From: Terriglobia bacterium
GTDB lineage: Bacteria; Acidobacteriota; Terriglobia; 20CM-2-55-15
Length of the DNA: 64,000 nt
Assembly (NCBI GenBank): GCA_965218585.1
Contig: CBDCLE010000001.1
Coordinates: forward strand, 1 to 64,000
Direction: 5' to 3'
Within the stretch, counting starts at the first letter, position 1. Each line of letters begins with the position of its first letter. Under the pieces are notes generated by a model. It saw only the letters and a list, made by a program, of their open reading frames with translations, was not told where the DNA came from and did not search any database. Shown here piece after piece: positions 42,101 through 51,890 of the stretch. A program made the translations under genes and the position numbers.

Positions 42101-43010
42101 TGGTGGACATCACGGGCGATCTGATGGTCACCGAAGACGGCAGCCTGACGGTCCAGACGGAGATGGAGCCGCTGGGCGAACTCACGATTTCAACCCACGG
42201 GCGAGGGGAGATGGTGAGCGGATCGGTGAAAGTAGTTGCGGACGGGCCGATCGGCGGGGGCCTACGCTTTGACATCCCCGACCTCGGGGTCGCCGGGGTG
42301 GGGGCCAGTTCACCCGTCCAGGATGCCCTCTTCCCGGCCCGCCGGCAGGCGGGAGGCATCCGCACGGCGGCGGCCATCCACAACCTGGGAGCGGAAGCGA
42401 TGGGGGTGAACTGCCAATTGATGAGCGGGGGCGTCGCGCTCGAAGAGGTGGCGATTCCCCTGGAGGCCAACGGGCAGACGGCCTGGTTCATCGAAGATGC
42501 GTTCACCGCGACCGATACGTCCGACTTCACAGGGTCGGTGCGCTGCACCGCGCCCGGGGAGGGACGGTTCACCGCAATTGCGGCGGAGATGGATGCCGCC
42601 AGGGGTATCTTCACCACGCTGCCGGTCGTGGAGGTGAACCGGGGCCGGGCCGAGGCGACCACTCTGGACTTTGCGCATTTCGCCAACGGGACCTGGATCA
42701 CCGATCTGGTGTTCGTGAACCTGGAGACCCGGCAGAGCGGTCCTCCCCTCACTCCCTTTCATACGGCCATCCTGCCAAGTCGTCCCGCTATTTATTTCTA
42801 CGACACCGAGGGCAACCCGATTGCCCCCGCATCGGTGGTGGACCTCACGGGCGATCTGATGGTCACCGAGGACGGGGCTCTGACGGTCCACACGGACATG
42901 GAGCCGCTGGGAGTGCTCACGATTTCGACCCACGGGCGCGGGGATCTGGTGAGCGGATCGGTGAAGGTGGTCTCCTCGGAGGGTCCCATCGGCGGGATGG
43001 CCGCCCCTCG
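39152..43010 (+). pseudogene. Large secreted protein: Ig-like, PEP/pyruvate-binding (PPDK N-terminal-like), Gly linker, Fn3 and C-terminal repeats; frameshifted and truncated
   Basis: Signal peptide; FGVKAAN, VPDGF, RSSTNNEDLPGFNGAGLY, VYASLW, EIEFK and QARP; Fn3 LTWDAPEDDGGSAITDYEY..FQVRAVN. Frameshift near 40290; cut by an IS701 fragment at 43011. Confidence 0.78.
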
Positions 43011-43126
43011 CGACGCCAGGCGTTCCAAATAGGCCGCAAAACGTTTTTCCTGAGTGCCTGGCGCCTTCGATTTGGCGCTCATGACCGGATGCTAACATAA
43101 AATAGGCCGTTTGTAACACAGTAGTA
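43011..43126 (-). mobile_element. IS701 left-end remnant
   Basis: Near-identical to 55027-55142; followed by CTAG (43127-43130). Confidence 0.88.
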
Positions 43127-43400
43127 CTAGGCACAGGTGCTTACCCGGTTCGGCTAGGTCTTCCACGATGCACCTCGGCGTGGAACCATAAATCCGGCAC
43201 ACAACCTCATCTAAGGCAGACTTCACCTTTGTTGCGTTCTCTAGCGTGGGATTAATTAGCACGTCCATATCGCCCACGCTGGCCAGCGAGCGATAGTGGG
43301 ACCGAGCCATGCTCCCGAAGAGCAGGTACTCGACGCCTTCTTTGTTGAAGGCTCTCAGCAGATGGACACAGTTTTCGGTCCCACGCTCCGGAAGTTTCAT
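43127..43400 (-). pseudogene. Nucleotidyltransferase-fold protein interrupted by IS701
   Basis: GVEYLLFGS.A...GDMDVLI pol-beta-type motif. Confidence 0.6.
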
Positions 43401-43615
43401 TTTTCGAGTGTTCTGTAGGAGATATGGTAAACGCGAAGGCTTTTCCAACAGCGTCGCGCTCTTGTAGCGGTACAGACCTTGGCCCCTGCCGTACTGGCCG
43501 GCCATATGGAGGTCGAGTCCGGCAGGGGGCGAAATCCTACTTTAAGGGTTTGCCCCATGCCGGCGACGCCATTGGAATTTTTCACGCGCTTAGCGAACCG
43601 ACCAGATCTTCCTGT

Positions 43616-43975
43616 TCACACGACGTACGGCTCGATCTCCTGTTCGATCTTGGCGCGCACTGTGCGTTCGGCGACGTCGAGATCGTAACGGGTCTGAAGA
43701 TTGATCCAGAACTCCGGCGTCGTCCCAAAATAGCGCCCCAGGCGCAGTGCGGTGTCGGTCGTGACGCCGCGGCGTCCGAGCACTAGATCGTTCAACCTGG
43801 GGCGCGAAACCTTGATTGCTTTGGCAAGTCGGTACACGCTGAGATCCATTGGCGATAGAAATTCATCACGCAGGATCTCGCCGGGATGCACCAGCGGCAG
43901 CCGACGCCCCGAAACCACGTCCGAGAAATCAACCTTTCCTCGGTCCATGTCCTCACGTTTGATGGTTGTGTTCAT
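43616..43975 (-). CDS. higA: HigA/VapI antitoxin
   Basis: HPGEILRDEFL..TALRLGRYFGTTPEFWINLQ. Confidence 0.9.
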   Translation of the reverse strand: MNTTIKREDMDRGKVDFSDVVSGRRLPLVHPGEILRDEFLSPMDLSVYRLAKAIKVSRPRLNDLVLGRRGVTTDTALRLGRYFGTTPEFWINLQTRYDLDVAERTVRAKIEQEIEPYVV

Positions 43976-43984
43976 TCCACCTCC

Positions 43985-44266
43985 TTAATGGTAGTCAACG
44001 ATCTCGACCTTCCATGCTTCGCCATCGCGCCAAGCGAAACAGATACGCCATTGTTCGTTGACGCGAATGCTGTATTGCCCTCGGCGGTCGCCTATCAACG
44101 CCTCAAGCCGATTGCCGGGCGGTGCCTTCAGATCGTCAAGTCGGCCTGCGGCATCGAGCGCCAGGAGTTTCGCCCGCGCCCGCCGTTGGATCTGCACTGG
44201 CAGGCCATGAACGGCATGGCCCGCGAAGATGGCTGCACTGCGTTTGTCGACGAAGCTCTTGATCAC
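43985..44266 (-). CDS. higB: HigB (RelE-family) toxin
   Basis: IKSF..PPGNRLEAL.GDR.GQYSIRVNEQWRICF.W..VEIVDYH. Confidence 0.92.
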   Translation of the reverse strand: MIKSFVDKRSAAIFAGHAVHGLPVQIQRRARAKLLALDAAGRLDDLKAPPGNRLEALIGDRRGQYSIRVNEQWRICFAWRDGEAWKVEIVDYH

Positions 44267-44459
44267 GACTAAACGTAACGGAATCCGATACGCTTAGTCA
44301 AGATACGGCGCAAGCGCTCCGACCACAAAAACAGAACGGGAGCGTGCGGCCAGGCCTTCCTTGGTGACAGCCTCCGCTCGCCCCGTCCGTGTGATTTGCT
44401 CGTCCGCGCACGCACGACGGTAGCAATCGGCCGGGTGACCGGACAGCACTCTCGGACGG

Positions 44460-44697
44460 GTGCTGCTGTACGTTTCGACACTTCATCAGTGGTTCCCTCG
44501 CGGTCCTCTTCTTGCCTGTCACCTGACCCGATCATTGCCCGGCCTTTTCCTTCTGCGCTCACGACCACGGCTTTTGACCGCAGCCGCCGAAGGTGGTTTG
44601 AAACCCGCTCCTGCAAGCCGGTTCCGAGGGGCCCTCCCTCATCAGTTGAGTAGTTACGCACTTGAAAGCCTCTCGGCCTTCAGCGCTCGTGGCACAC
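44460..44697 (-). mobile_element. 5' remnant of a group II intron inserted in an IS6 transposase
   Basis: Begins GTGTG immediately after the IS6 codons GAG GCC ATG; domain I-like sequence ending ACCACTGATGAAGTGTCGAAA; no RT or domain V. Confidence 0.65.
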
Positions 44698-45280
44698 CAT
44701 GGCCTCATATCCTTGGATCATTCGCCGCGCCGCGTGGAATTCACGAAAGCCCTGCTTGGCTTTCACTCGTCTTTTGATCGCTCGATGATCCTGCTCCAGG
44801 ATGTTGTTCAAGTATTGGATCGGCCGGTGGCGGCAACGGCGTCGCAGGATTCCTTCCTGCTTCACTCCTGAAATCGCCGCCCCATAGAAGCGTGCTTGGT
44901 CCGTATTGATAACCCGAAGCTGTCGATGTGACGGATCCGTCAGCGCCTTACGGAACAGGCGTTTGGCCGTAGCGGCATCGCGCAACCCCGAGAGCACGAA
45001 GTCGATCGTGGCTCCGGTGGAATCGACGGCTCGGTAGAGGTAGCACCAACGGCCCTTGACACGAACGTAGGTCTCATCGACACGCCAGGACCTGTTGGTT
45101 GGCTTGAGATGACGGCGCAGCCGCTCCTCCAGTTCAGGACCGTAGCGCTGGACCCAGCGCCAGATTGTCGTGTGGTCTGCCTTCAGGCCGCGCTCGCTGA
45201 GCAGCTTTTCGACATCGCGGAACGACAGCGAGTACCGCAGGTACCAGCGCACGGCACAAAGAATCAGCTCGGGCTCTACT
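44698..45280 (-). pseudogene. IS6-family transposase fragment
   Basis: AVRWYLRYSLS.RDVE, WRVDETY, YLYRAVD, YLNNILEQDHR and GYEAM, then the intron. Confidence 0.88.
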
Positions 45281-45344
45281 ATGCGGTCCCGAACAGTTAC
45301 CCATCCCTCCAGAGGTTTGCGCACCGCCTCAGAATGCTATGGCT

Positions 45345-45450
45345 GCGCGCCATTCGGCAACCTCGGTGGGTGGGAGCTGGCCGGTTGATGAAACGTTGAT
45401 CAAGATTCAGGGCGCGTGGATGTATCTGTACCGCGCCGTGGATGGACAAT
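45345..45450 (+). pseudogene. Second small IS6 transposase fragment
   Basis: SWPVDETLIKIQGAWMYLYRAVDGQ. Confidence 0.7.
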
Positions 45451-45516
45451 GCCCTCCGGTGGTACACTGCAAGCATAGTCCGCAGCGCCGCGCGCCAAGG
45501 GAGCAGGACTCATACG

Positions 45517-46509
45517 TTGAAGCAAAGAGCGTATATTCTGAAAAAGACATCAATTCTGGGGCTTCTCGTCTTGGCGCTATGGGGCTTGCCGGCTCCGGCG
45601 CAGGGGCAGGGCTGGTATCTGGGGAGCGAGCTGGGCGCGCACGTGGTCCCGGCCCTGGGAATGACCGGGCTGTCCAACGACCGGGCCAGTGTGTGTGACG
45701 AGTTCATCAATCCGCAGTATGCAACGGTGACACAGGTGGCGGGGTATGAAGCCTACAACTGCACGGGGCCGGATCGCCGGGATGACTGGGTCAACCGATT
45801 CGCCCGAGCTACGGGTCTGCAGACCAGTTGGGTGCTGGGGTATCGCTTTGGGGCGGGCGATTCTGGTCCGCGGTGGCGCCACGTGCGGACGGAGGTGGAA
45901 TACTTCTACCGCACCACCACGTACGACCAGACCGTCGCCGTGCCCGGCCTCAGCGCTGGCTCGGGCAGCGTCACTGCCGACAGTCTGAATCAAGAACTTC
46001 AGACGGCAACGGACTACCTGGGCCGCGTGGCCTCGAACACACTGTTCGCGAACCTGTATTGGGACATCCGGACCCGCAGTCGGTTCACGCCCTATGTCGG
46101 CGTGGGTCTGGGGATCGGATCGCTCGCGATGACCTACGCCAGCCTGTGGTCCAGGAACGCAAATCCCACCGCAATCACCACCGGCGAGGGGCTTCCCAAC
46201 ATGGACGAGATTCGCCAGAACTTGGCGGCCACAACAAGCAGTTTCCATGGCACCCTGTCCGACCGGCTGGTCCGCCACCAGGTGCTCGTCGGGGTGCACT
46301 ACGCGCTAACGGAGAACCTTTCGGTGGGCGTCAAGGGCCGCTGGGTCCGCGGCGGGTCCTTCGAGAATGACACAGCGATCGTCTGGGATCCCCTGCGCAG
46401 TCACGCCCCCAATCTGCGCCGCGATGGAAGCGAACCCGTCGCGGGGCAGATTCTGACCGATGCCAGCACGCTCTGGGGTGTGGGCCTAAGTCTCACGTAC
46501 TACTTCTAA
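45517..46509 (+). CDS. Outer-membrane beta-barrel protein (opacity/OmpA-like)
   Basis: Signal peptide, R.EVEY.YR, FANLYWD, FTPYVGVGLG and C-terminal LTYYF; start uncertain. Confidence 0.75.
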   Translation: MKQRAYILKKTSILGLLVLALWGLPAPAQGQGWYLGSELGAHVVPALGMTGLSNDRASVCDEFINPQYATVTQVAGYEAYNCTGPDRRDDWVNRFARATGLQTSWVLGYRFGAGDSGPRWRHVRTEVEYFYRTTTYDQTVAVPGLSAGSGSVTADSLNQELQTATDYLGRVASNTLFANLYWDIRTRSRFTPYVGVGLGIGSLAMTYASLWSRNANPTAITTGEGLPNMDEIRQNLAATTSSFHGTLSDRLVRHQVLVGVHYALTENLSVGVKGRWVRGGSFENDTAIVWDPLRSHAPNLRRDGSEPVAGQILTDASTLWGVGLSLTYYF

Positions 46510-46589
46510 AGGGTTCTGGTGCAGACAGCCAACGGAGACCGGTGATACTGGGATATGGCGCATCGGAAAACTGAACGGAATCCTCTATT

Positions 46590-46749
46590 CTCAGCGGTTC
46601 GACAGCGTGGCAGTCACATCGCGATGCAGCAGCGATCCGGCAGCACCACGCCGACCGTTCCGGTCCCGGACCATTCCGAACTCACGTTTGGCACGCTGTC
46701 CAGCATCATCCGGCAATCCGGCGTGGCACGGAGCCTCTTCGAGCGCTAG
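46590..46749 (+). pseudogene. HicA-family toxin fragment
   Basis: VRQRGSHIAM..TVPVPDH.EL..GTL.SIIRQSG; N-terminus and hicB absent. Confidence 0.7.
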
Positions 46750-47055
46750 TGTCCCGCCTTGCAGCCCAGGACACCAGCGACGCGTACATTGGCCGCGGAC
46801 ACTACCTCGAAACGCGCTCTCATTGAACAAGACGCCAACGTCCTCCTTTTAACGCGTATCGATACGCTCATTGCGAGAGCCGACCTCGCCGCACTGCGAG
46901 CCGACCTTAAGGAAGAAGACTCGATTCAGCCAAGGCAGCAGATGGTGACGATCCCCCGCGCCCAGCGCTCGATATCATCGTCCGCGCAGACATTTGAACC
47001 GTAGACTCCGACCGTAGCGATTGAAGCTCACCGCACACCAATTACGTCTCCCGTC

Positions 47056-48165
47056 ATGAAACACCACGACTTCGATGAAAAGGACTGGATCGCACGGCTA
47101 GGCGCCGTCCTCGATACAGTCGCGCCCACGGCGAGACCCCAGATTCCCGATCCGGCGGGATACACGCGACTAATTTCGTTCGAGCAATATCGCGAACTCC
47201 GGGTATCGCGCGAAGGACGATCCCGGTGTTCGGAAGATATTCGAGGACTCTCATCTGTGGTTCGACTCCGACCCGATCGAAGCCACGGCAGTCCTTCGGG
47301 AACATCCGCTTGTCCAGCGAGGATTGACCGGTCCGGATAGCGATCCGGTGCTTGGGTTTGTCCGGTTCACCGGGTCGTTTCATGCCGACTTGAAGCGGCT
47401 CGTATCCAACTTGACAAAGCACGCGATCAAGGAAAGTGGCAAGCGCGCCGCTGAATCGATGCATCGTTACCTGACCCTGGCCGAGGCCGGAAACCTTCCG
47501 CGACTGAAATCATTCTCTTCCACGGATTGACGATGGACAGCCGAGTCGATCTTGGCAGCGGTGCCTTCCTTGCGCCTTACGATGACGTGAAGGCGGACTA
47601 CGACTTGCGCGACGATCCTGACGCCCGGTCCTATGAGACAAGAGAAAGTAGCGATGGGTCTCAGCCCACGGTAGATGTGTCCGGTGCTCGTCAGAGGAAT
47701 GACCTGGGGCCCTGGAGTCGCACCGCACCATCCGGCAGACCTGTTCGGAACGCCACGGGCTGTCGACTACAGGGTTCGATTCCGCTTTCCCGATGACTAC
47801 GAGATCGTGCTCGACGAGCATATCTTTCCAAGCGACTACTCGATCTTGATGGAGCTACTCTCCATCGCGGCCCGCAGTCTTCTGCTTTCGCGCACCAGAT
47901 TTGTGCGCGTCGCAAAGTGGATCGAGGAGATCGATCCGAACTTCGCTTTCGGAGCCGAGGCCCGCGGCGGCTTCCTTTCCGACACGCCGCCAAGAGGGCT
48001 TCCCTTGACAGCCGAGCATGTCGCGGTGTTCGCGAAATTGAGCAAGGGTTGGAGACGATATGGCGGCAAGCAGGACCCCATGCACCTTGCCATCCATCGC
48101 CTTGCCGCTTCCTTTTCGCGACCGGGGAGCCGGTTTGGCACCGAGGACCGGGTTCTCGATACCCC
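47056..48165 (+). pseudogene. Fragmented gene, possibly ApeA/HEPN-like
   Basis: Four overlapping ORF pieces; last piece HLAIHRLAAS..R...EDRVLD resembles the start of an ApeA-type HEPN domain and is truncated before any RxxxxH. Confidence 0.4.
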
Positions 48166-48327
48166 GGGGAGGCGTCGGAGGAGTTTTCCACACCTTGTCC
48201 ATGGCACCGCGTGCTTCGAGCGGCATTGCTGGTGATCATCGGAGTCGCGGATTAGCCGCCGTCCGTTAGGCCCCTTACACTATGGAATCCACTTGGCGGT
48301 AAAACCGGCTATTGGGAGAAATACCAT

Positions 48328-48365
48328 TCTCAAGTCCCGACAAATCATCTTGTCGGACGTTGAGA
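48328..48365. repeat. Short palindromic repeat family B, copy 1
   Basis: TCTCAAGTCCCGACAAATCATCTTGTCGGACGTTGAGA; related copies at 50293 and 55171. Confidence 0.75.
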
Positions 48366-48655
48366 TTTCACACCCTGGGCCACAACCAGCCGAGTCCGTC
48401 GAGTCATCCCCTAAAACCAACAACTTAGAATCGAGGCTATGGGGCGAGACGTCGTTCGCTCCGGCCAGTGCCACTCCAGTCACCCCAGTCAGGGCTTTTC
48501 TCCTTCACTCAATATTCATATATAGAAAGACCAAAACTCGACATATAGCCGGGGTAGAGACGGGGTGACAGGGGTGGCACCTATGGCACGGGTGAGCTTG
48601 CCAGTTAGAAGCGATTGGACAGACCCGGGTTTGTCTGTGAGGATAGTGGTAATCA

Positions 48656-50191
48656 GTGACCAACCGAAACACACAGGCCGCGTGGGAATATCACGACGTA
48701 ACAAAACATTCGCAGTCGAGCGTCCGGAGCAACGCTCACTGGCTAGATTTCTCGAATCAGCCCATTCCGTTCAAGATTTATCCCAAACTGGAGCCGATCC
48801 GGCTGGATCCGTCGATTGGTAGGACCGAGGTCCCCGCTCTCCTGGCAATGTCGGCAACCGAGCTCGATACGGAAACCGAAACTGTTCCGAACCTGAAGCA
48901 ACTGGGCCAGTTGCTGTACTTTTCAGCAGGCGTCACCAAGAAAGTCGATTACCCGGGTGGTACACAGTACTTCCGCGCCGCGTCCTGCACGGGAGCGCTC
49001 TATGAGATCGAGTTGTACATCGTATGCAGCGATCTTGAGGGGTTGAGCGCAGGCGTATACCAGTTCGGCCCGGGCGACTTCGGCCTGCGGCGACTGCGCG
49101 AAGGGGATTTTCGGGGCGTGCTGTTCCAGGCGAGCGGGAACAATCCGGCAGTGGTTCGGGCTCCTGTGACCATCATCTGCACCGGCACTTACTGGCGGAA
49201 CGCCTGGAAGTATCAGGCCCGAACGTATCGTCATTTCGGCTGGGATAACGGCACGATCCTTGCGAACACGTTGGCTGTTGCGGATGCTCTCGGTCTCCCG
49301 GCGCAAGTGACATGTGGCTTTGTCGATTCTGAGGTCAATCGTTTGCTAGACCTCGATACGGAACGAGAGGTGGCATTTTCGATGATCCCGCTCGGCCTTT
49401 CGTCCGCTTCTCCCGGAACGTCTCGAAGGGAAGTCACGCCACTGAACCTCGACACGGTTCCTCTTTCAGAGAGCGAGGTGCAATACCCTCAGATGAGCCG
49501 AATACACCAGGCGTCGTCGCTTGAGACTGTAGAGGACGTTGCAGCTTGGAGCGGGAGTATTCCGGTCGCCCCGAGACCGTCTTTAGACAACAGAGCCGTT
49601 TCTCTCTTGCCACTGTCTGACGACCAGATTCCCCACGACGGCATCGAAAGCGTGATCCTCCGGCGCGGATCGACACGGCAGTTTGCGCGGGTATCGTTAG
49701 CGATGGAACAGTTTTCGACGATACTTGACCGCGCGACGCGAGGCATTCGCGCGGACTTTCTGACTCCGTTCGGTTCATCCTTGAATGACATTTATCTGAT
49801 CGTGAACGCTGTGGACGGAATCCAACCCGGTTCCTATGTCTACCATCGCAAAGAGAACAAGCTAGAACTCTTGAAACAAGGTGATTTCCGTGGCGTGGCC
49901 GCACACCTGGGTTTGGACCAACCGCTCCCCGGCGACGCCAGTGTTGCCGTCTTTTTTCTGGCAGACCTCGGGCCGATCTTAGAACGGTTCGGGAACCGCG
50001 GATACCGTGCCGTTCAGCTCGAAGCCGGAATCCTCGGTGGAAAACTCTATCTGGCCGCCTACGCCCTGCGTCTCGGCGCTACGGGGCTCACCTTCTACGA
50101 CGACGAGGTGGTCGATTTCTTTTCACCCCACGCCGCCGGTAAGAGTGCAATCTTCCTGATGGCACTGGGCAAAAGCGTCAAGCGCACCTAG
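48656..50191 (+). CDS. SagB/ThcOx-family tandem nitroreductase-domain dehydrogenase
   Basis: YHDVTKH, RAASCTGALYEIELY, WKY..R.YR, RRGSTR, GYR..QLEAG and GATGLTFYDD. Confidence 0.85.
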   Translation: MTNRNTQAAWEYHDVTKHSQSSVRSNAHWLDFSNQPIPFKIYPKLEPIRLDPSIGRTEVPALLAMSATELDTETETVPNLKQLGQLLYFSAGVTKKVDYPGGTQYFRAASCTGALYEIELYIVCSDLEGLSAGVYQFGPGDFGLRRLREGDFRGVLFQASGNNPAVVRAPVTIICTGTYWRNAWKYQARTYRHFGWDNGTILANTLAVADALGLPAQVTCGFVDSEVNRLLDLDTEREVAFSMIPLGLSSASPGTSRREVTPLNLDTVPLSESEVQYPQMSRIHQASSLETVEDVAAWSGSIPVAPRPSLDNRAVSLLPLSDDQIPHDGIESVILRRGSTRQFARVSLAMEQFSTILDRATRGIRADFLTPFGSSLNDIYLIVNAVDGIQPGSYVYHRKENKLELLKQGDFRGVAAHLGLDQPLPGDASVAVFFLADLGPILERFGNRGYRAVQLEAGILGGKLYLAAYALRLGATGLTFYDDEVVDFFSPHAAGKSAIFLMALGKSVKRT

Positions 50192-50292
50192 TTCTCAGTA
50201 AGGGCGGATGCCGCCCCTGCCATGTGTGTCACGGCATTTCTATCCAGTTCAATACTTAGACACAGCGGGTGCCGGTCCCCTGATTTCTAAGG

Positions 50293-50353
50293 TCAAGTCC
50301 TGATAAATCATCTTGTCGGACGTTGAGAATTGACTGTGTTGAGAATTGACTGT
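50293..50353. repeat. Palindromic repeat family B, copy 2, with a 16-bp tandem duplication
   Basis: TCAAGTCCTGATAAATCATCTTGTCGGACGTTGAGA; GTTGAGAATTGACTGT occurs twice (50322-50353). Confidence 0.75.
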
Positions 50354-50462
50354 ACGGTTAGGCGGCTTTACAAGCAGTGACCGCTCGATTGACCTCAAAT
50401 CCCTTCCCTCGTATTACTTAGCCAGATTTTTTCGGTTCTTACACCGAAACCGTTCGTCGGTA

Positions 50463-51827
50463 GAGGTCGTTCCAATCGGTGTGTAAAAAGAGAAGGCGGT
50501 GTACGCTTTCGGTGAATTCGGAACCGTAAGCAATCCCGGCAGCAATCGGGAGAAAGGTACACCACCCATGAAGAAGAAGAACATACCGGCATCAGTGGCG
50601 TCAACGAACGCGTATGAAGGTTTGGAGGACTGGGCGCGATCCCGGGTCCAAGTCTGGCTACAGGAGCTGCTCGAGGACGAAGTCACTCAATTTCTGGGTC
50701 GGGAAAAGTTGGAGCGGAGTCCGAATCGACGAGGATACCGGAACGGTCACGGGAAGCCGCGACGCTTCGCAATGATGAACGGTACGATGGAGGTTCGACG
50801 ACCTCGGGTTCGAAACACCGCCGAGCGGTTCGAGAGTCAGATCCTGCCGTATTTTCGACGGAAATCGAAACAGCTGGGCGAGCTACTTCCCGATCTCTAC
50901 CTCCACGGTCTGGCCACAGGGGACTTCGAGCAGGCCATGCGCGGACTGCTTGGCGCTGGCGCTCCGTTGTCGCGAGCATCGATCCAACGACTGAAATCGA
51001 CCTGGCAGTTGGAGTATGACGAGTGGGTCCAGCAGGACCTGTCCGGCCTCGAGGTCGTGTACCAGTGGGCAGACGGCTTGTACGTGAAAGCGGGGATCGC
51101 GAAAGAGCGAGCGGCATTGCTGGTGATCATCGGAGCCTTGTCAGACGGGCGCAAAGTGCTGTTGGCCTGTGAGAGCGGGCAGCGGGAAAGCAAGGAGTCC
51201 TGGAGCCGCATTCTGCGCAATCTCCAGAGACGGGGCCTGAAGCTGGGACGGCTGACTGTCGCGGACGGTCACCTGGGCATCTGGTCCGCGCTGGCCGAGC
51301 AACAGCCCCAGGGCCAGGAACAACGCTGCTGGAACCACAAGTCGATCAACGTGGTCGATCATCTGCCGAAGACCGAGCAGCCCGCGGCCAGACAGCTGCT
51401 CCATGGGATGGCCTTCGCGAACTCCCGCGCGGCCTGCGAACGAAAGCGGGATCAGTTCGTCCGCCGATATGAGAAGAACTATCCCAAAGCGGGTGAGACG
51501 CTGTTGCGGGACTGGGACCGGATGATTACTTTCTATGAGTTCCCGAAACAACACTGGGTGCATCTGAGAACAACCAACATCGTCGAATCGCCTTTCGACA
51601 TGGTTCGCCTCCGCACCAACGCCGCTCGCCGATTCAAGCGTGTCGAGAATGCAACGGCAATGATCTGGAAGCTACTACGTGTCGCTGAGAAGGCTTGGCG
51701 ACACTTAAAAGGATCCGAACTCTTACAAGAGGTCTATGATGGTCAGCAATTCGCTGACGGCATCAGAGTCGTGATGAAATCGAAGGCCGCTGCCTGATGA
51801 CTTTTACACACCTTTTGTAATGACCTC
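50463..51827 (+). mobile_element. IS256-family insertion sequence (complete)
   Basis: Terminal repeats GAGGTCGTTCCAATCGGTGTGTAAAA / TTTTACACACCTTTTGTAATGACCTC; 8-bp target duplication CGTCGGTA (50455-50462, 51828-51835). Confidence 0.93.
50568..51797 (+). CDS. IS256 transposase
   Basis: YRNG, PRVR, WADGLY, ADGHLG, QRCWNHK and LRTTNIVES. Confidence 0.93.
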   Translation: MKKKNIPASVASTNAYEGLEDWARSRVQVWLQELLEDEVTQFLGREKLERSPNRRGYRNGHGKPRRFAMMNGTMEVRRPRVRNTAERFESQILPYFRRKSKQLGELLPDLYLHGLATGDFEQAMRGLLGAGAPLSRASIQRLKSTWQLEYDEWVQQDLSGLEVVYQWADGLYVKAGIAKERAALLVIIGALSDGRKVLLACESGQRESKESWSRILRNLQRRGLKLGRLTVADGHLGIWSALAEQQPQGQEQRCWNHKSINVVDHLPKTEQPAARQLLHGMAFANSRAACERKRDQFVRRYEKNYPKAGETLLRDWDRMITFYEFPKQHWVHLRTTNIVESPFDMVRLRTNAARRFKRVENATAMIWKLLRVAEKAWRHLKGSELLQEVYDGQQFADGIRVVMKSKAAA

Positions 51828-51890
51828 CGTCGGTATGATCCGTAGACTAAAAACACGAACTGCCTCCTGAGGCGCCCCTGGGCTAGGCTG

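Noticed and set aside
48656-50191. Thiazole/oxazole RiPP cluster
   Set aside because: Standalone SagB-like gene with no YcaO or precursor peptide nearby.
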